A stretch of 64,000 nucleotides of DNA. It comes from Octopus vulgaris. Its lineage: Eukaryota. Below are positions 12,435 through 26,560 of the stretch, one piece after another. The first letter of the stretch is position 1; each line of letters starts with the position of its first letter. The stretch is from positions 105,896,001-105,960,000 of the forward strand of contig OX597816.1 of assembly GCA_951406725.2 (NCBI GenBank), read 5' to 3'. Made by a program: the position numbers and the translations under genes. Under the pieces are notes generated by a model. It had not been told where the DNA came from. It did not search any database and was given only the letters and a program-made list of their open reading frames with translations.

Positions 12435-12750
12435 TTTAATGTCCATGTTCCATGCTGGCATAGGGCTGGATGGTTTGACTAGAGCAAGCAAGCTGCACCA
12501 GGCTCCGATCTTATTTGGCATGGGTTCTATGGCTAGATGCCCTTCCTAATGCCAACCACTTGTGTGTTAGCTGCTTTCATATGGCACCACATGAGTACTC
12601 TTGCATGGCACCGGCATGAGTGTTTAAGTGGCACTAATACAGGACTCTTGCAGGCCAATCCTCTTCACCAGGGTGAGTGACCTTAATACTTCTGTTGTGG
12701 AATATGGATCTTCTTGAGTACACCAGAGCATCAGGTATCTCAGTCCTTTG
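12433..12750 (-). mobile_element. RTE 3'-UTR-derived repeat
   Basis: TTTAATGTCCATGTTCCATGCTGGCATAGGGCTGGATGG...GCTGCACCAGGCTCC...GATGCCCTTCCTAATGCCAACCAC matches 9673-9810. Confidence 0.7.
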
Positions 12751-14607
12751 CCAAATATTATTAGCATCTTCAATATTATTGATTCCTTCTCCTTGCTTTA
12801 ATATTCCTGGTAGAGTTAGCTACATATTGATGTGATGCCACATTTTAAACATAAAACCCACAACATACCTCATCTGTCTAAATATAACCTAATTGTTAAA
12901 CTTCAAGGTTCCCAAACTTTGACCATAATAGCCAGAGACCCTTTCTCTTTATCTCTCTAAATCTATTTCTGCTACCCTCCACCCCTCCATCATTACTTTA
13001 CATTCTCCACAAACAAAGCAGTAACAGATATCAATATGCTTCATTCACCTTCTGTCCCTAACAGCACAACTTTACTACCTAGACTCAGAACAACTCTTTC
13101 AGACACCTTCTCTTCTTCTTTAATCAGTCAACATGTGGTTATCCACTATTTATGCTGTTCTGGTTCCATCACATATTCAGTCGGGCCTTAGAAGAAATAC
13201 AAGAATGTATTGAAACAATTGTATAATTGTAAAGAATTACCTAGTTAATAAAAGAAATATTAACTCTGCATCCATACTGCATTGAGTACTTTTTGGAGGT
13301 ATGGGCTAATTGATCCTAACTGCAAGATTGCAGGTAGAAGAAATGGAAGGCCTATTTCCAGTTGAGGCAGGAAATAGAGAATCCTTTGCCCAATTAGAAA
13401 GGAGAACACTTACACCCACTAAAATAAGAGGAAGAGAAAATAAAGCAGGAGAAAGAGCTTCTTCATGGTTATGGATCAAGACAGAAAAGTATAGCTGAAA
13501 GCTGCAAGGAGCTTTTGAACACTAATTTGGCCACCACTGCTGACCTACTAGGGGGAAAGTATGTATGTGTATGTGTTTAAGTGTGTGCATACATGAGCAT
13601 GCATGTCTGTGTGTGTATGTACGTGTGCGTGTATGTATATACATTTATATGCATATATGTCAACATTTATGTATATGTATTTATATGTGTGAGTGCGTGT
13701 GTGTGTGTATATATATATATATTTTTTATCCATAGATATATATGTGCATATATCCATATACATATATGTGAGTATATACATATATGTATATATTTATGTG
13801 TGTGCATGTATATACATATTTATATGTGTGTGCATGTATATATATAAATAAATAAATATATATACACACACACACACACATACACATACACATATGTATG
13901 TATATGCATAATACACAAACAGGCATATATATCCATATATGCACCAAATCTATATTTAAAAAAGTAAAGAAAAAGTAAAAAATGTATTGGAAAGAAAAAA
14001 TACTTTTAAAAAGATCTTGTTTTCCTTGGAATAGCTTAAATAAGGCCCAGAATAAATATATAGAATCAATTCTCTAGTTGAAACTGTTTTGAACAGTTTG
14101 TTATTGCTTTGCTTAACATATCTAAATCATACTTGCTTTGCAAATATGATACTGTTTTGTTTATTTTTATCACCTTTATAATAATTAGCAGTGTTTTTCT
14201 ATTTCTATATATGTCTGAAATTTTGTAGATAATTTTTCTTTTTCTTTTGTGAATAGTTTTCAATATTCCCACCCCACCTTTTTTATTTGGATAAATAATT
14301 GAAATAACTTATCTGAAAGCTACAAATATATTCCATTTAAACCCTTTACAGTTCCATTATTGTTTGCATAGAAGCTACTCAATGAGTTCTCTAACATTTC
14401 ATTTCAGTTATGTGAAGAAATGTAGCGTGTATTTATTATGCTTAAATTAAAGACTTCATATGGCAAATGGAATGTATGAATAGGTAGTATATTGGGAAAT
14501 ATTCGTTTTCAGTGTTTGTTTACATTCATTTATGTTCCCAGTTCAAATCCCAACCATGTCAACTTCGCCTTTCATCTTTCTGAAGTTAATTAAATAAATG
14601 AATTACT

Positions 14608-14950
14608 AAGGTGTGACTGTGTGGTTCAGAGGCTCACTTTGCAACCATGTGATTTCATGTTCAGCTCCACTGCACAGCCCCTTGGGCAGGTGTAGAATAC
14701 CATCATGCATGTGTATATGTCATTATGCTCATGTTTGACCCCCACCACTCCACCAATTGGCAATCAGTGCTGGTTTGTTTGCATAACTTAGCAGCTCAGC
14801 AAAAAAGACTGATAGAATGATTACCAGACTTAAAAAGAAACAAGTAAAATAAGCACTGGGATCAATTTGTCCAAATAAAAATCCTCTAAGGTGGTTCTCC
14901 AACATGGACACAATCCAATGACTGAAACAAGTATAAAGACTAAAAGAAAG
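14608..14950 (+). mobile_element. tRNA-derived SINE (family 1), decayed
   Basis: GGTGTGACTGTGTGGTTCAGAGG head, body TAACTTAGCAGCTCAGCAAAA...GATAGAATG, tail CCAATGACTGAAACAAGTATAAAGA. Confidence 0.75.
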
Positions 14951-15145
14951 AAAGTATGAGTTGATAAAATTAAATACAAGTTGATAAAATAAGTATTGGA
15001 GGTTATATAATTGACTATTCCTTCCATCACAATTGACTAAGGCCTTTATTATGGCTACGGTCTAATGACTGAAACCAGTAAAAGAATGTAAGAATACTGA
15101 ATGAAATAATAATGTAACACTGGTTTGCAGGCTTGTCTTTTAATA

Positions 15146-16431
15146 TCAGGTCATCCCATAAGTTCTGTCCAAATTTTGAATAAAGAAAACAAGTGATCAA
15201 ATGTTATATTTAATTGAAATTTAATCATCAATGTACTTTCCATGATTATCTATGACTTCCTTCCATCTATATACAAGCTTTTTAATCCCATCAATATAAA
15301 ACTCTTTTGGTTTCAAAGTGAAGAACTCTGAAATGTCAGATTCGACCTCCTCCTGGCTTGCGAAAGTTATGTCCCCCAAATGATTCTGTAAACTACGAAA
15401 CAAATGGTAGTCTGAAGGAGCAAGGTCAGGAGAATAAGGGGAATGAGGAATTTTTTCCCAACCAAGCTCTTCGATCTTCTGTGATGTGATCTTTGCAGTG
15501 TGGTGTCACGCATTGTCCTGATGAAACATCACTCCTATTCAATTCCCTAAAGCAGGTTTTTTCTTTTCTTCAAAGCTTGCTTCAAATGCTCTAATTGCTG
15601 ACAGTAGACTTTAGTATTGATTGTTGCATTAGGTGGTAACAATTCAAAGCGAATTACTCCTTTGCAATCCCACCAGATAGAGAGAACCTTTTTTGCCATG
15701 AAGATCCCTTCTCGGTTGTGGTTGAGCTTTTTCCCTTTTACCAAGCCACTGTTTACGATATTTAACATTTCGATAGAAGATCCACTTTTCATCACCAGCC
15801 ACAAGTCTATCGAAAAAGGGTGAAATGAGTTCGAGAGATGGAGAGACGAGCAGATGTCAACTCGGGATTTGTGGTTGCTTTTGGACAATCATGAGGCACT
15901 CATTTTCCAAGTTTAGGAACCTTTCCATGTTGTTGAAGATGACGATGAACAGTTGTATGGCTTGAACTAAGCTTTATTGCTAATTCTTCAGCTGATAATG
16001 CAGGATTTTTCTCAAGTAATGCCTCAAGGAGCTTATCATCAAACTCAACTGAACGTCCTGTTTGATCCTCATCTTCAAGGCTGAAATCTCCACTTCGAAT
16101 TTTGTAAAACCATCTTCTGCAAGTTCTTTCATTCAAGCATTCTTTCCCATAAACTGAGTGTATGTTTCGAGTCACTTCAGCTGCAGAGTTTCTTTTTTTG
16201 TACTCACAAAGCATTATGGGCTTCAAATGCTCTTTGGCTACTTCCATGTTAGAAAGGGTTTTAATCAAAGAAATTTTAATTCTATTATTCTGTAAAATAA
16301 TATTTAATTAGTTTAAATGTACAAAAATGCATAAAATTAATTTTTAATTCCATTAGACATTCTAAAATACTATTAAATTTCATTCGAGTTTAAAAAAGGC
16401 AAAATCGGACAGAACTTATAGGATGACTTGA
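15146..16431 (-). mobile_element. Full-length mariner (DD34D) transposon, 1286 bp, inactive
   Basis: TA|TCAGGTCATCCCATAAGTTCTGTCC ... GGACAGAACTTATAGGATGACTTGA|TA TIRs with TA duplication; canonical mariner length. Confidence 0.95.
15221..16247 (-). pseudogene. mariner transposase pseudogene
   Basis: MEVAKEH...CRRWFYKIRSGDFSLEDE (HTH), GK*VPH, LSIWWDCKGVI, FHQDNA*HHT, PHSPYSPDLAPSDYHLFRSLQNHL...GKYIDD*; several stops/frameshifts. Confidence 0.93.
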
Positions 16432-17411
16432 TATATCAAGCTTTTGTGTTCTTTACAGATTCTAGTACATCTCAGAAATTGAAAGATCTTATGACTGATC
16501 ATGTTCAATCATAAAAAAATTTTGACATTACTCCACTCTCTCTCTTTCTCATACACACACACATATATATAGCGTATACACAGCATCTTACAGTCATGAT
16601 ATCACAAACACATATGACTAGATTCTTTATTAACAACAGCTCAAATTGACATTCAATTATTTGTAAAACAATACTGATTCGATCAACAATTAAGGTGCAG
16701 TGTTGTTTTACAAATGTCTGCATGTCTAATATGAGTTGTGATTAAAGAATCTAATTTTTCAAAATATTAAGCCCATCATTAGAGATGAAAGATTTTCCAT
16801 TGTTTAGATTCACACTACATTGCAAGTAGTTTGATCTTCAGTCATCATTTGTTTTATTGTTGGATGTTTACTTAGTACGTGACTGTTTTGAACAAGTCCA
16901 TCTCTAAAGATGAGATTAATAATCTAAAAAAAACCTTGTATCTTATTTTATGAAGTTGGCAAAGCAGAGCCATACCTGCACATATTTTACATGTTGGAAT
17001 ATATGTTAATAAGAAAACAAGGTTTGTAAATCAAAAATGCAGAGCAATAAACTGAAAGAGATTTTTAGCATTGATTTCAAAGTCTTGTTTCATCAGTTTG
17101 AATTGATACCCAAGACTTCTTGCCATTGTTATTCAGCTCCAGATCAACCCTGATTTAATGCACTTATGATCAGAAGCTTTCAAATTGTGACTATTTAGTC
17201 TATTTTTCTCTTTTTTCTTTTTCCAGAGAGTGTATTTTGGTCTACATTATTCAATATTACCTTCTCTAGGACAGTAGGATGTGATACAAGAGAGATTTCA
17301 TTATTTCTAGCAGGCTGAGCTACCAGGTAGTGACTTCCTTGTTAGCTTGTCCAAAATTTTGCTTTCTTATCAGATAGAAATTCAACACTGGGCTAACTAT
17401 TTAATTATTTG

Positions 17412-17453
<42 letters not shown>

Positions 17454-19189
17454 TTGCACATTTGTATGGTGTTTGTGGGGTTGCTATATCATGTCATTTT
17501 CAGTCAGCATTGGTTGTTATTGATTTGATAGTTCAGTAGGAAGCATAAGGATTTTTTTTTTTTAGACATGGTTAAACAAAGGATTGGTGTATACATGTGC
17601 CAGTCACAAGACCAGGAAATAGTCACAGTGCAGTTGGCAGTACACAAGCAACTTGCCAAGCTAACATTCAAGAGCGTGCTAGCAGCAAGCAAAATGGGAA
17701 TCAGTACAGTAGCATGCTTCTGCAGTTTCTCTACCACCACTACCACCATATCATGGAAAGGGTGGGAACATCACTTGCTGAAAAAGGCTAATTCAGAACA
17801 GGTACAGGCTAAAAGAATCCAAATGTTTAATTGAAATTAAGTGACATGTAGATTTCCACAGGTATAATGGGATTTCTGCCTTATGTTCAAAATGTTAAAC
17901 TAAAGAAATTCAACAGAGTATAGGTAAATATTAAATCAAATTATGACTGTTAAGATAACCAGTCATTCCTGGTGCACCAACTTCAAACATACAGAACCAA
18001 ACTAAAATACAAACTCCATTAGAACTAGTTAAATAATCTTAACAAATCTACTACTGAACAACTTACAATTAATTTTAGAGTGAGATTCAAGTGAGATGTG
18101 GCTACAGTTCTTAGCAGGATGAGTTACTATGTAGAAGCTTCTTCAATAGCCTGTAGGTGAACAAAATTTGGATATAGTTTCTTAAGTGAAATCTATTCCA
18201 AGCATACAATCCCAGCTGGTTGTAAATATCACAATGAATAAAGAAAAGAGAAAAGAAAGAAAGATCTTTTCAATCAGAGCTGACCTGGGGCTACATAACA
18301 ACAAAACAGCAACATACCAAAACACTAAGTTCCTTGCCTCTCCAGTCTGATATAGGCTGAGCTCAAACTTTATGCCAGGAGTAATTGTCTCTCAAATTTA
18401 AAATGTTATTAAAATGAGCCAATGAAGGAAACTTACATGATCACGCAACCTGCTACAAATAGCATACAGTGGATAATGAAGTCCTGGATTACATTATGTC
18501 TGAATAGGAGATAGGATGGTCATGATTGGAATGCTTTTGATTAAAGCGTAGGTCTGCTCAATCACAGCTAGCTTTAGCTAAAACATTATTAAAACTTCTG
18601 GTAAACATAGATAGAACTTAAGAGAAATTTTTCTAACTGATCCTCCCTGCATAAAGACATGAGCAATATGATCTAAAATGAGATTATCAAAGCACAACAT
18701 ATTCAGTGTGCTGACCTTGTGCATTACTCCCAAACAGTGAATGGTCAACTTCTACTTTTCTCAGGCCAAAAGACTGATAGGAATGAGGTATGTTGAAATG
18801 GTTGAAATTATATCAGTCATTGAACAAATGTTGTCTTTTCCTTACTACAAAATTATTTTTAATTAGATTTTTTTTATGTCTACTGTATTAAATATGTTAA
18901 CACTAACTTAACTATTGTTATCCAAGTAGATGTCATTATCTCTAAGTATTTAACCTCAGTGCTTTATTTATTTTTCTTTTGATATGCTGATTTTTCACCC
19001 TTGCACATGTGCAATATTGTACATTTACCTAGTGATTCTCTCATTGCTGTTTCAGTGAATGTAGTGGGGTCTATCCATCAGAGGCATGACCTGGAGTTGT
19101 CCACAATACTTGTTGAAATTATTAAAATATTATCAGTCTCTGATCTCATAACTTTTCCTCACTACATAAGTATTTCTAGATTCATGATT

Positions 19190-20380
19190 ATCTTTTATTT
19201 GTTACTTGTTTCAGTCATAGCACTGCAGCCATGCTGGTTCACCATCTTCCATAGTTTAGTCAAACAAATCAACCCCAGTACTTATTTTTAAGACTGATAC
19301 TTACAGGGTGTTCAGGCAAAATCTGACTATATTTTATGTCTCCTTTTTTCAGGAATAGCTTGATGTACTGGTGAACAGTTGATGGTATTGGAGAGCATAA
19401 AAATTAAAGTTGTAGTTGAGAAAAAGTTAGCTAACATGCAGAACTGGAAGCCATCTAAATAGTGGAAAAGAGATGCCTGTATCATGATGATTGACACTGG
19501 GTGTCAAAATGCTAACATCATGACTGCTGCTCAATGTTCTGTAAACACTATAAAGGGTGTAAGACATCTGAAAACCAAGTTCCCCCAAGCTATGATGAAG
19601 GTAACATCATACCACCCCACATCTTTGAACAAGGCTTTGGCTCAATTCAGACAGCTATGTGAAGTTACTGGAGAATGTGGCTAAACCCTGACTGAAGATG
19701 ATTACTACTGGAAGGCCAAATGTGTGGGAACAGGTTTTGGCTCCTATACCTCTGGAAAGAGTCAGAAGTGGTTGTCAGAGAATTTCTACGACTTCACCAG
19801 CCCCAGTTTCTGGCCTCCTATTGTAATCTCATGGATCACTATGTGCATGGTTCAGTTGAGAAAGACACCAATCACTCTGCTTGCAATACAAGGCCAAGCT
19901 GGTAACCAAATGAAAGAAGTAATCAAAAATCTTCCCAGGAACACTGAGGAATGCATGCACTAGGTTCCAGAGCCATCTTAAGGCCATGGTGGAAGCTAAG
20001 AGTAGCTATTTGAGTAAACTGTTATCTCCCAGTCATAATCTAATTGATATGTTTTGACTTTTTTTAAATACTTTTATTTTTGGATGGGACATTGTGTTTC
20101 CTTTTCCTTTTATGCAAACTGTCAAATTTACCCTGAACACCCTGTATTCTACCAATCACTTTTGCCAAACCACTAAATTATAGAAATGTGAACAAACCAA
20201 CAAGCGTTGTCAAACATAAAGGTGAGAACACACATAAAGACACACAGAGATACTTACAGGCTTCTTTCAGTTTCCATCAGCCTGAAGCTACAGTAGAAGG
20301 CACTTAACCATGGTGCCATATAGTGGGACTGCACCAAAAACCATATTGTTGGGAAGCAAGCTTCTTACCCAAATCATATG
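19190..20380 (-). mobile_element. SINE (family 1) split by a DNA transposon
   Basis: Tail at 19190-19303 (TTACTTGTTTCAGTCAT...GCAGCCATGCTGG) resumes at 20145 (TATTCTACC...TTTTGCCAAAC...GGGAAGCAAGCTTCTTACC). Confidence 0.75.
19304..20144 (+). mobile_element. Tc1/mariner-superfamily element, maT (DD37D)-like, internally deleted
   Basis: TA|CAGGGTGTTCAGGCAAAATCTGAC ... GTCAAATTTACCCTGAACACCCTG|TA; transposase remnant TSGKSQKWLSENFYDFTSPSFWPP..CNLMDHYVHGSVEKDTN. Family assignment is from motif resemblance only. Confidence 0.8.
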
Positions 20381-23300
20381 ACTTTGCTGAATTAAGAAAG
20401 TCATTAGTGTGTCAAAAAGAATGCTACCACCATAGATAGTAAGGTGACAGACAATCCATTGCCCACTTTAACACTCCTACATAGTACCTCTGGTACCTTT
20501 AGTGGGGTCAACTCTACTGCAAGTATTCAGTTCAGGTTTCTAATTTGAAGATATCTTCTTTCCACCAGTCTCAGGGGCCCTGTAAAAGGGCCATGAAATA
20601 CTCCCTTCCCTCCTGACTAAAAGATTAAAAAAATACTAATACTAAATTATTATTTTTCATGTGGATGGTACCTCTGAGTAATTAATGTCATTGATTTATT
20701 TATTTATTTATTTATTTATTCATTTATTTAGACATTTTGTACAGAGCTGATCTAGCAGAGCCGGCTGACTGGAACTCCTTAACAACCAATACATCAGCAT
20801 TCATGATTTTATCTCTACTTATTTTTTTTTTTTGATACAAAAATAGATTAGATTGATTTTATATTTTCTTTTTGTATATGCACAATACTCTGTAATCAGA
20901 ATTAACTAATAATGAAGCTGATATCATTCTATTTTAACAGGAAACTCAATGCAAACATATTTAAGAAGCAGAATCGAACAACGAAAACAATGGAAAGTGG
21001 AAATATGTAAAGGAAACCCCGAGTGGAATATGATAAAAATAAAAGGAAGGTGGAACATACAGAAGAAAGGATGGGGGGGGGGGAGAAGGATGAGGAGTAG
21101 CAAACCTACCAACTCCTGTCTGCAAACATATTAAACATGTTCAATTAAGAAGATGAATAAAACAAATAATGGGAGATATATCAAAAGTTTTTGGATTATT
21201 AAGAAACACACTAAGAAAGGATAATCATAGACATATTAAAAGATATCAGTAAAGAAGGCAATAATACATTTTGTATACACATCAAGAAAAGCCTTCAATT
21301 ATTCGTGTTATTGTCAGCCCTAATTAACCATACAAATGATCTAAAGCTTTCCAGCTACGACCACCACATCAATTTTCAGACACTGCCACTAGGTCTACAT
21401 TATTCAATATGAAGTTCCCTTTTATTTTTAATGATAGGATATGATTTAAAGATTTGACTGCTTTTTCCAGCAGGTCAGGCAACTACATAGAAGTAACCTC
21501 AAAATGAAAGCTTCGTTAATTTACTCAACATCTGAAATGTGTTTTCATTGGTCTTTCTTGTTACAATGTTATGAATGAACGATATTAACTAGATTTAAGT
21601 TAATTTTTAACTACATTTATATATTTTTTTTTATTTGAAAGAGGGATAATTGATTAACAGAAAGGTATAAACAAAATAATAAAATAATTTTAAAAAGGCA
21701 ACAATGAATTATCAAGAAAATTCATTCATTGATTAGTGGTTCTCAAAAAAAAATTACATAAAAATTAACATCAAGCTTGTGTTAGAAGGGAGGTTGAAAA
21801 GATCAATAAAAGGTCATATAATAAAGACTAAATATCAAATTACACTTTCAAATATTCCATAAATATTTCATGAATCAACAAAATCAAGAAGGAAGAATTC
21901 TCGCACATACATTCCTCTACCAGTATCAGCCTATTTAAAGGCAAGGTTTATTCAAAAATTATTTCACAATCTTTGCATAATATCTGAATTAAAGAGTCAG
22001 TGAATGTGTGAGAGAGAGAGAGAGAGAGAGAGTGTGTGTGTGTGTGTGTGTGTGTGTGAGTGAGAGAATGAAGAATTTTTGAAAGATTAAATTTAATCTC
22101 TATATCAAGTATTTATAATCCACCTAACATTGTATCTTTTTTAAACAGTTTTGTTTCAATTTTGCCTGCTTTACTAGATTTACATTAGTATACACACACA
22201 CACACACACACACACACTCTCACACTCACACACACACACACATATATATATATATTTATTTATACACCATATTTCTGAGTAGTATTTACTTTTGTCCTTC
22301 ATTTGCCATTTTAGCACTATTCACAATTTTGAAAACATGAGAACATTTTAGTAATATAATTACTTAAAATATAATGAAAACAGACACTTCAAAATAAGAA
22401 CTTTTGAGAAGAGTGTAAAATTTCTGTCTTCCATGTTTCTCCATTCAGTCCTACATTTCATTCCACTTAGTCCATTCTCTGACTGTTTTCATGTGCTCTG
22501 TTACTACATATGCTGTTGTATAAAGGTTAAAAGCATTGAACTATTGCATTCAAAACAAAAGCTTTAGTTTTAAAAATAGCCTAGGATTAAGGCCCACTGT
22601 AGGAAAAGCACTGAATTAAAATACTTGAGATATGGAACAGTCAAAAAACGAGATTCCTGAACCTGAAACTTTGGTATCAACTCATCTTCATGTTTATCAA
22701 CAACTTGAGTCCACAATATAGAAGAAGGATGAAAAGAGAAGGAAGAGAAGAAATGAAAAAGGAGATAATGAAGACAAGCAAAAGTATAAAAGGTGATAAA
22801 ACTATTATTGTCACCAAGAACAGCATCAAGGAACAAGTTAATGGGAGCAGGGTTGTTATATGATGCACTCATTCAACCTGCTTGAGATAGCAGTTGAAAT
22901 CTCCATCATATAATATATTCTATCAACATAAAAAGAAAAAGAAGGAAAAGTAAGCTGCTCTTTTAAGATGCTATGTAGTGATTTCTGGGGGAATTAGCAA
23001 CTTTTTGTAGCTACAAAGGTTCCCCTGTCAGTTCATACATGTACATTTACTTGGCTTCTGATACAAAACAAAAAGAAAAACAGTGAAATATTAACATCTC
23101 ACAAAAAAAAAATAGCAGAAAAAAATGAAGTTAACAGTCAAGAAAAATGTTTACAAAAAAGCACTTGGATTTTTGCTATGATTAGCTAGATCACTTATGT
23201 CAGTGCACCACCGAATCCTAGTTTCTGATAAAGGTTTGAGTGTATTGTGGTAAGGTCTCTTTTGTAATTAACAACAAATTCATTTTTTCTCAATTCAATT

Positions 23301-26089
23301 CAGTGAAATCCAATTCAACTTCTTGTCATTATATTTGAAACAAAATTTTCTTTATAATCTTTCCCTGTTTTACTACTTGAAATTCATTACATTAATGTTT
23401 ACAGTTTTGAATATTTTTGACAAGCACGCTTTCATGACTTGGAGTCTGGTAAATATGGTGTCATTCAGCAACATCTAATTTTAAATTATAATCCATCCTT
23501 AATGCACAGTCTTAATACATTCAACATTTGGCTGATAGAGAAATACAGTGTGGCATGTTAACTTTATTCTGTGTTTCAAAAAGGAGAGGTGAAAAGAAAA
23601 TATGAAAGACAGAAAAAAATGTTTAAACGTGTGTTTGTGTTACTATGTGTATGAGGGCATGAGAAAAGAGAAATGAGCAAGGAAAAAGGGAGAAAAAATA
23701 AAAATAAAAAAAAGGAATAATAACAAATAAGAAAACTGCTGCAGTATCTGTTGAAGTATTTTGGAAAAGAATCATGGAAGTTATTTAGAAGTTATTATTA
23801 TGCATACCTTATTCTCTGCTGCAAATACAATTGCTAATGTTCACTCAAAGTCAGCCTTGTTTTGATATTTTTAAGAATAACAGTTTGATAAGATTTTACA
23901 ACCAGATCTTATATCTTGTTAATTTCTGTATATGTGAGACACTGATATGTGTTAGATTCTTGCCAAATAAAGTGGATTAATGTTTTTGCCTTTGTTGCCC
24001 ACAGAAAATACGGAATTAAGGTAATAGAACTGGATATTTTAGACCTAAACCCATGCAGTATGTCTTTATTTACACATGTCCACACAAGCATGTGCACATG
24101 CAACTGTGTGCACACACACACATCAAATGGAGATGCCAACACAATATTTGAAATTAAATTTGTAAACAGTTGTTATAACAATATGATTAAACATATTTAT
24201 CATCCCTGGGAAAGTGTGTGCATGCATGTGCGCGTGCACACATGTACACAAACACATAAATGCAGATGAATGAAATATTTGTTATTCAAACCAAAAAACT
24301 TCACAAAATGTTTCCCTATTTTCATGTTTCTGGTCTTGAAACAAAAATTGAGTAAATCAGACAGACTCTGAAAACTGATCTGCCCAAAATTCACAACAAT
24401 AAGTTTTCTGTGGTGTTTTGTACAACTCTTTTAAAGTTAAGGAGCTTACACTATACCAAAATAATTCAAGGCTGTCACATGATAACAAACTAAGTTCATT
24501 ATATAAGTTTTAATATCATAAATTTCACTTTGCAGTTGGAAGAAATATAAGGAATTAATAGCTTGTGCATGTAACATTTCTGGGCAGAATTCTTTAGTTT
24601 AGACTGCCTTAATTCAACTAACTGTTAATATTATTTGTAAAAAGAAAGTGTTCCATTAAGGTGAAATTCATCCTTCATCTTTTCATTTATGCCATGGAAT
24701 CAAAATTACACATCAACTTTATAAGCAGTTGTGAAGCTTAGAATGCAATTACATTCACAATTTAAAATTATTACATTCCAGCTGCTTTTAGTAACAACAA
24801 TAGTCACAGCTATTCCAATAATCTTTCACCTATTGTCATAAAAGCAATGCTTATTTACAGGCTTTGGTCAAGTCAATTACCATTAAAGACTGAAGAATGA
24901 ATCAGTTTGAAAAGATGTTAACTGCACTATTCTCTATCCATGCTTCTTAGGTTGACACAGTTGACAGTACTTGTTGAGACTTGTAATGTCACCTTATTAA
25001 AATCTAAATATATGAGATGAGTTATTAATATGCTTATAATTTTTCAGACAATTGATCTCATCTATAGATATGAGATATTATATATTAGCTTGGATCTCTA
25101 ATCATCAGTATATCTTATTCATAGATATTTACACAGAACCACACTGGATCAAACTAGGAGTCTTTATCTGTAAATGAATGGTAAGTATTATGTATATATC
25201 CAGGAATAAGACACTTGATGATGGCTTTAGAGCAAAGCAATCAAAATATATAGGTTAGCTGTAAAAATTGATTTCTAACACAGTCACAAGGCTGAACAAA
25301 ATTTATAGTTGATTAAGATTCTTTTATCAGTAACTGATGGATGAAAGGCAAATCTGATTTCAGCAGAATCTGAACTCAAAAAAGGTTATAATTAAATACT
25401 TTAAAGACGAACTTAATATTCCAAAAAAGGATAAATGTTAAAATAAAATGTTTCCATTTAACAAAGACCAACTAAATTTAAGGAATACATGGAGAGAAAA
25501 TAATAAATGTTATTGCTATGAATGTGACACGGGTGAATCAAGAGTTTTAACTTGGGATTGAAACTGGATTACCATTTCAATTCACCAAGAGCATATCACT
25601 ACATCACAGTACTTGTCACAAAACAGGATAAGCTATGTATGAATATAAAATTAATGAGAACTACATCTCTAAGTAAATTACCCAAGTTTAAAAAAGCATA
25701 AAATCAAGTTTACATTTATTTGAGTGGTGTTATGTGATAATTACTAATCAGCTCAACTCTACTTAAGGCACACTTTTTGCTTTGAATAATAATTTTTATT
25801 TACATAGATGACCAAGATTTGGAGAGAAAGAAAAACTAAATTTTCTCGTTATCCATATATTTGTTTAAAAAAAAAACTAACAATTTAAGTAAAACTGTTA
25901 ACATCTTATTTCCCCATAATGCTATAAATACAACTAATGAAATATTGATGATTTAAGTCTTACAATACAAAACGTTTTGAAACATCATCAGAATGCTGAA
26001 TGCTTAATGTTTGTATGCTCAAACAAACTGAGAAAAAAGATAGGATATAAGAAGAATTTGATGCAATAAGCAAGTGAGGAAAATGTACT

Positions 26090-26320
26090 GCTACAAAGAT
26101 GTGATGCACGTGCCAAGTTATCCAATTAAAAGGATTATGCAAAAGAGGAAAGGCAAGGAAGATATGTAAAGTGGTGAAAACTGATCTCAAGAGGATGAAC
26201 TTCATGTAGCAGATGACAAAGGCATGCAAAGAATGGTGAGATGTTATACTAGATAAAATCCATCCAGTCCAAGTACAGAAAGCCAATGGAAAAATGATGA
26301 TGATGATGATGATGATGATG
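26090..26320 (+). mobile_element. RTE LINE 3' end relic
   Basis: KGLCKRGKARK..VVKTDLKRMNFM-like translation then (ATG)n tail at 26295-26320. Confidence 0.6.
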
Positions 26321-26560
26321 GGGAGGAGGAAGAAGAGGAGGAGGAGAGGGGTGGCAGCAGCAAGAGGGATGAGAAGGGGGAGGGGAGAGAGTGTAAGGAG
26401 CAGGAGAGGGGATAGGGGAGGGAGGGGAATAGGGAGGAGTGACAAGATGAGAGGAAGAGGAGGAGGGGAAGGGAACAGGAGGAGTGAAAGGATGAGGAGG
26501 AAGGGAAGGGGATGAGGGGAAGGAGATGAGGGAAAGAGAAGAAAAGGAAGATGGTGACAG
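26321..26560. repeat. Purine-rich (GGA/GA) low-complexity tract
   Basis: Almost pure A/G on + strand with multiple GGG/GGGG runs. Confidence 0.85.
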
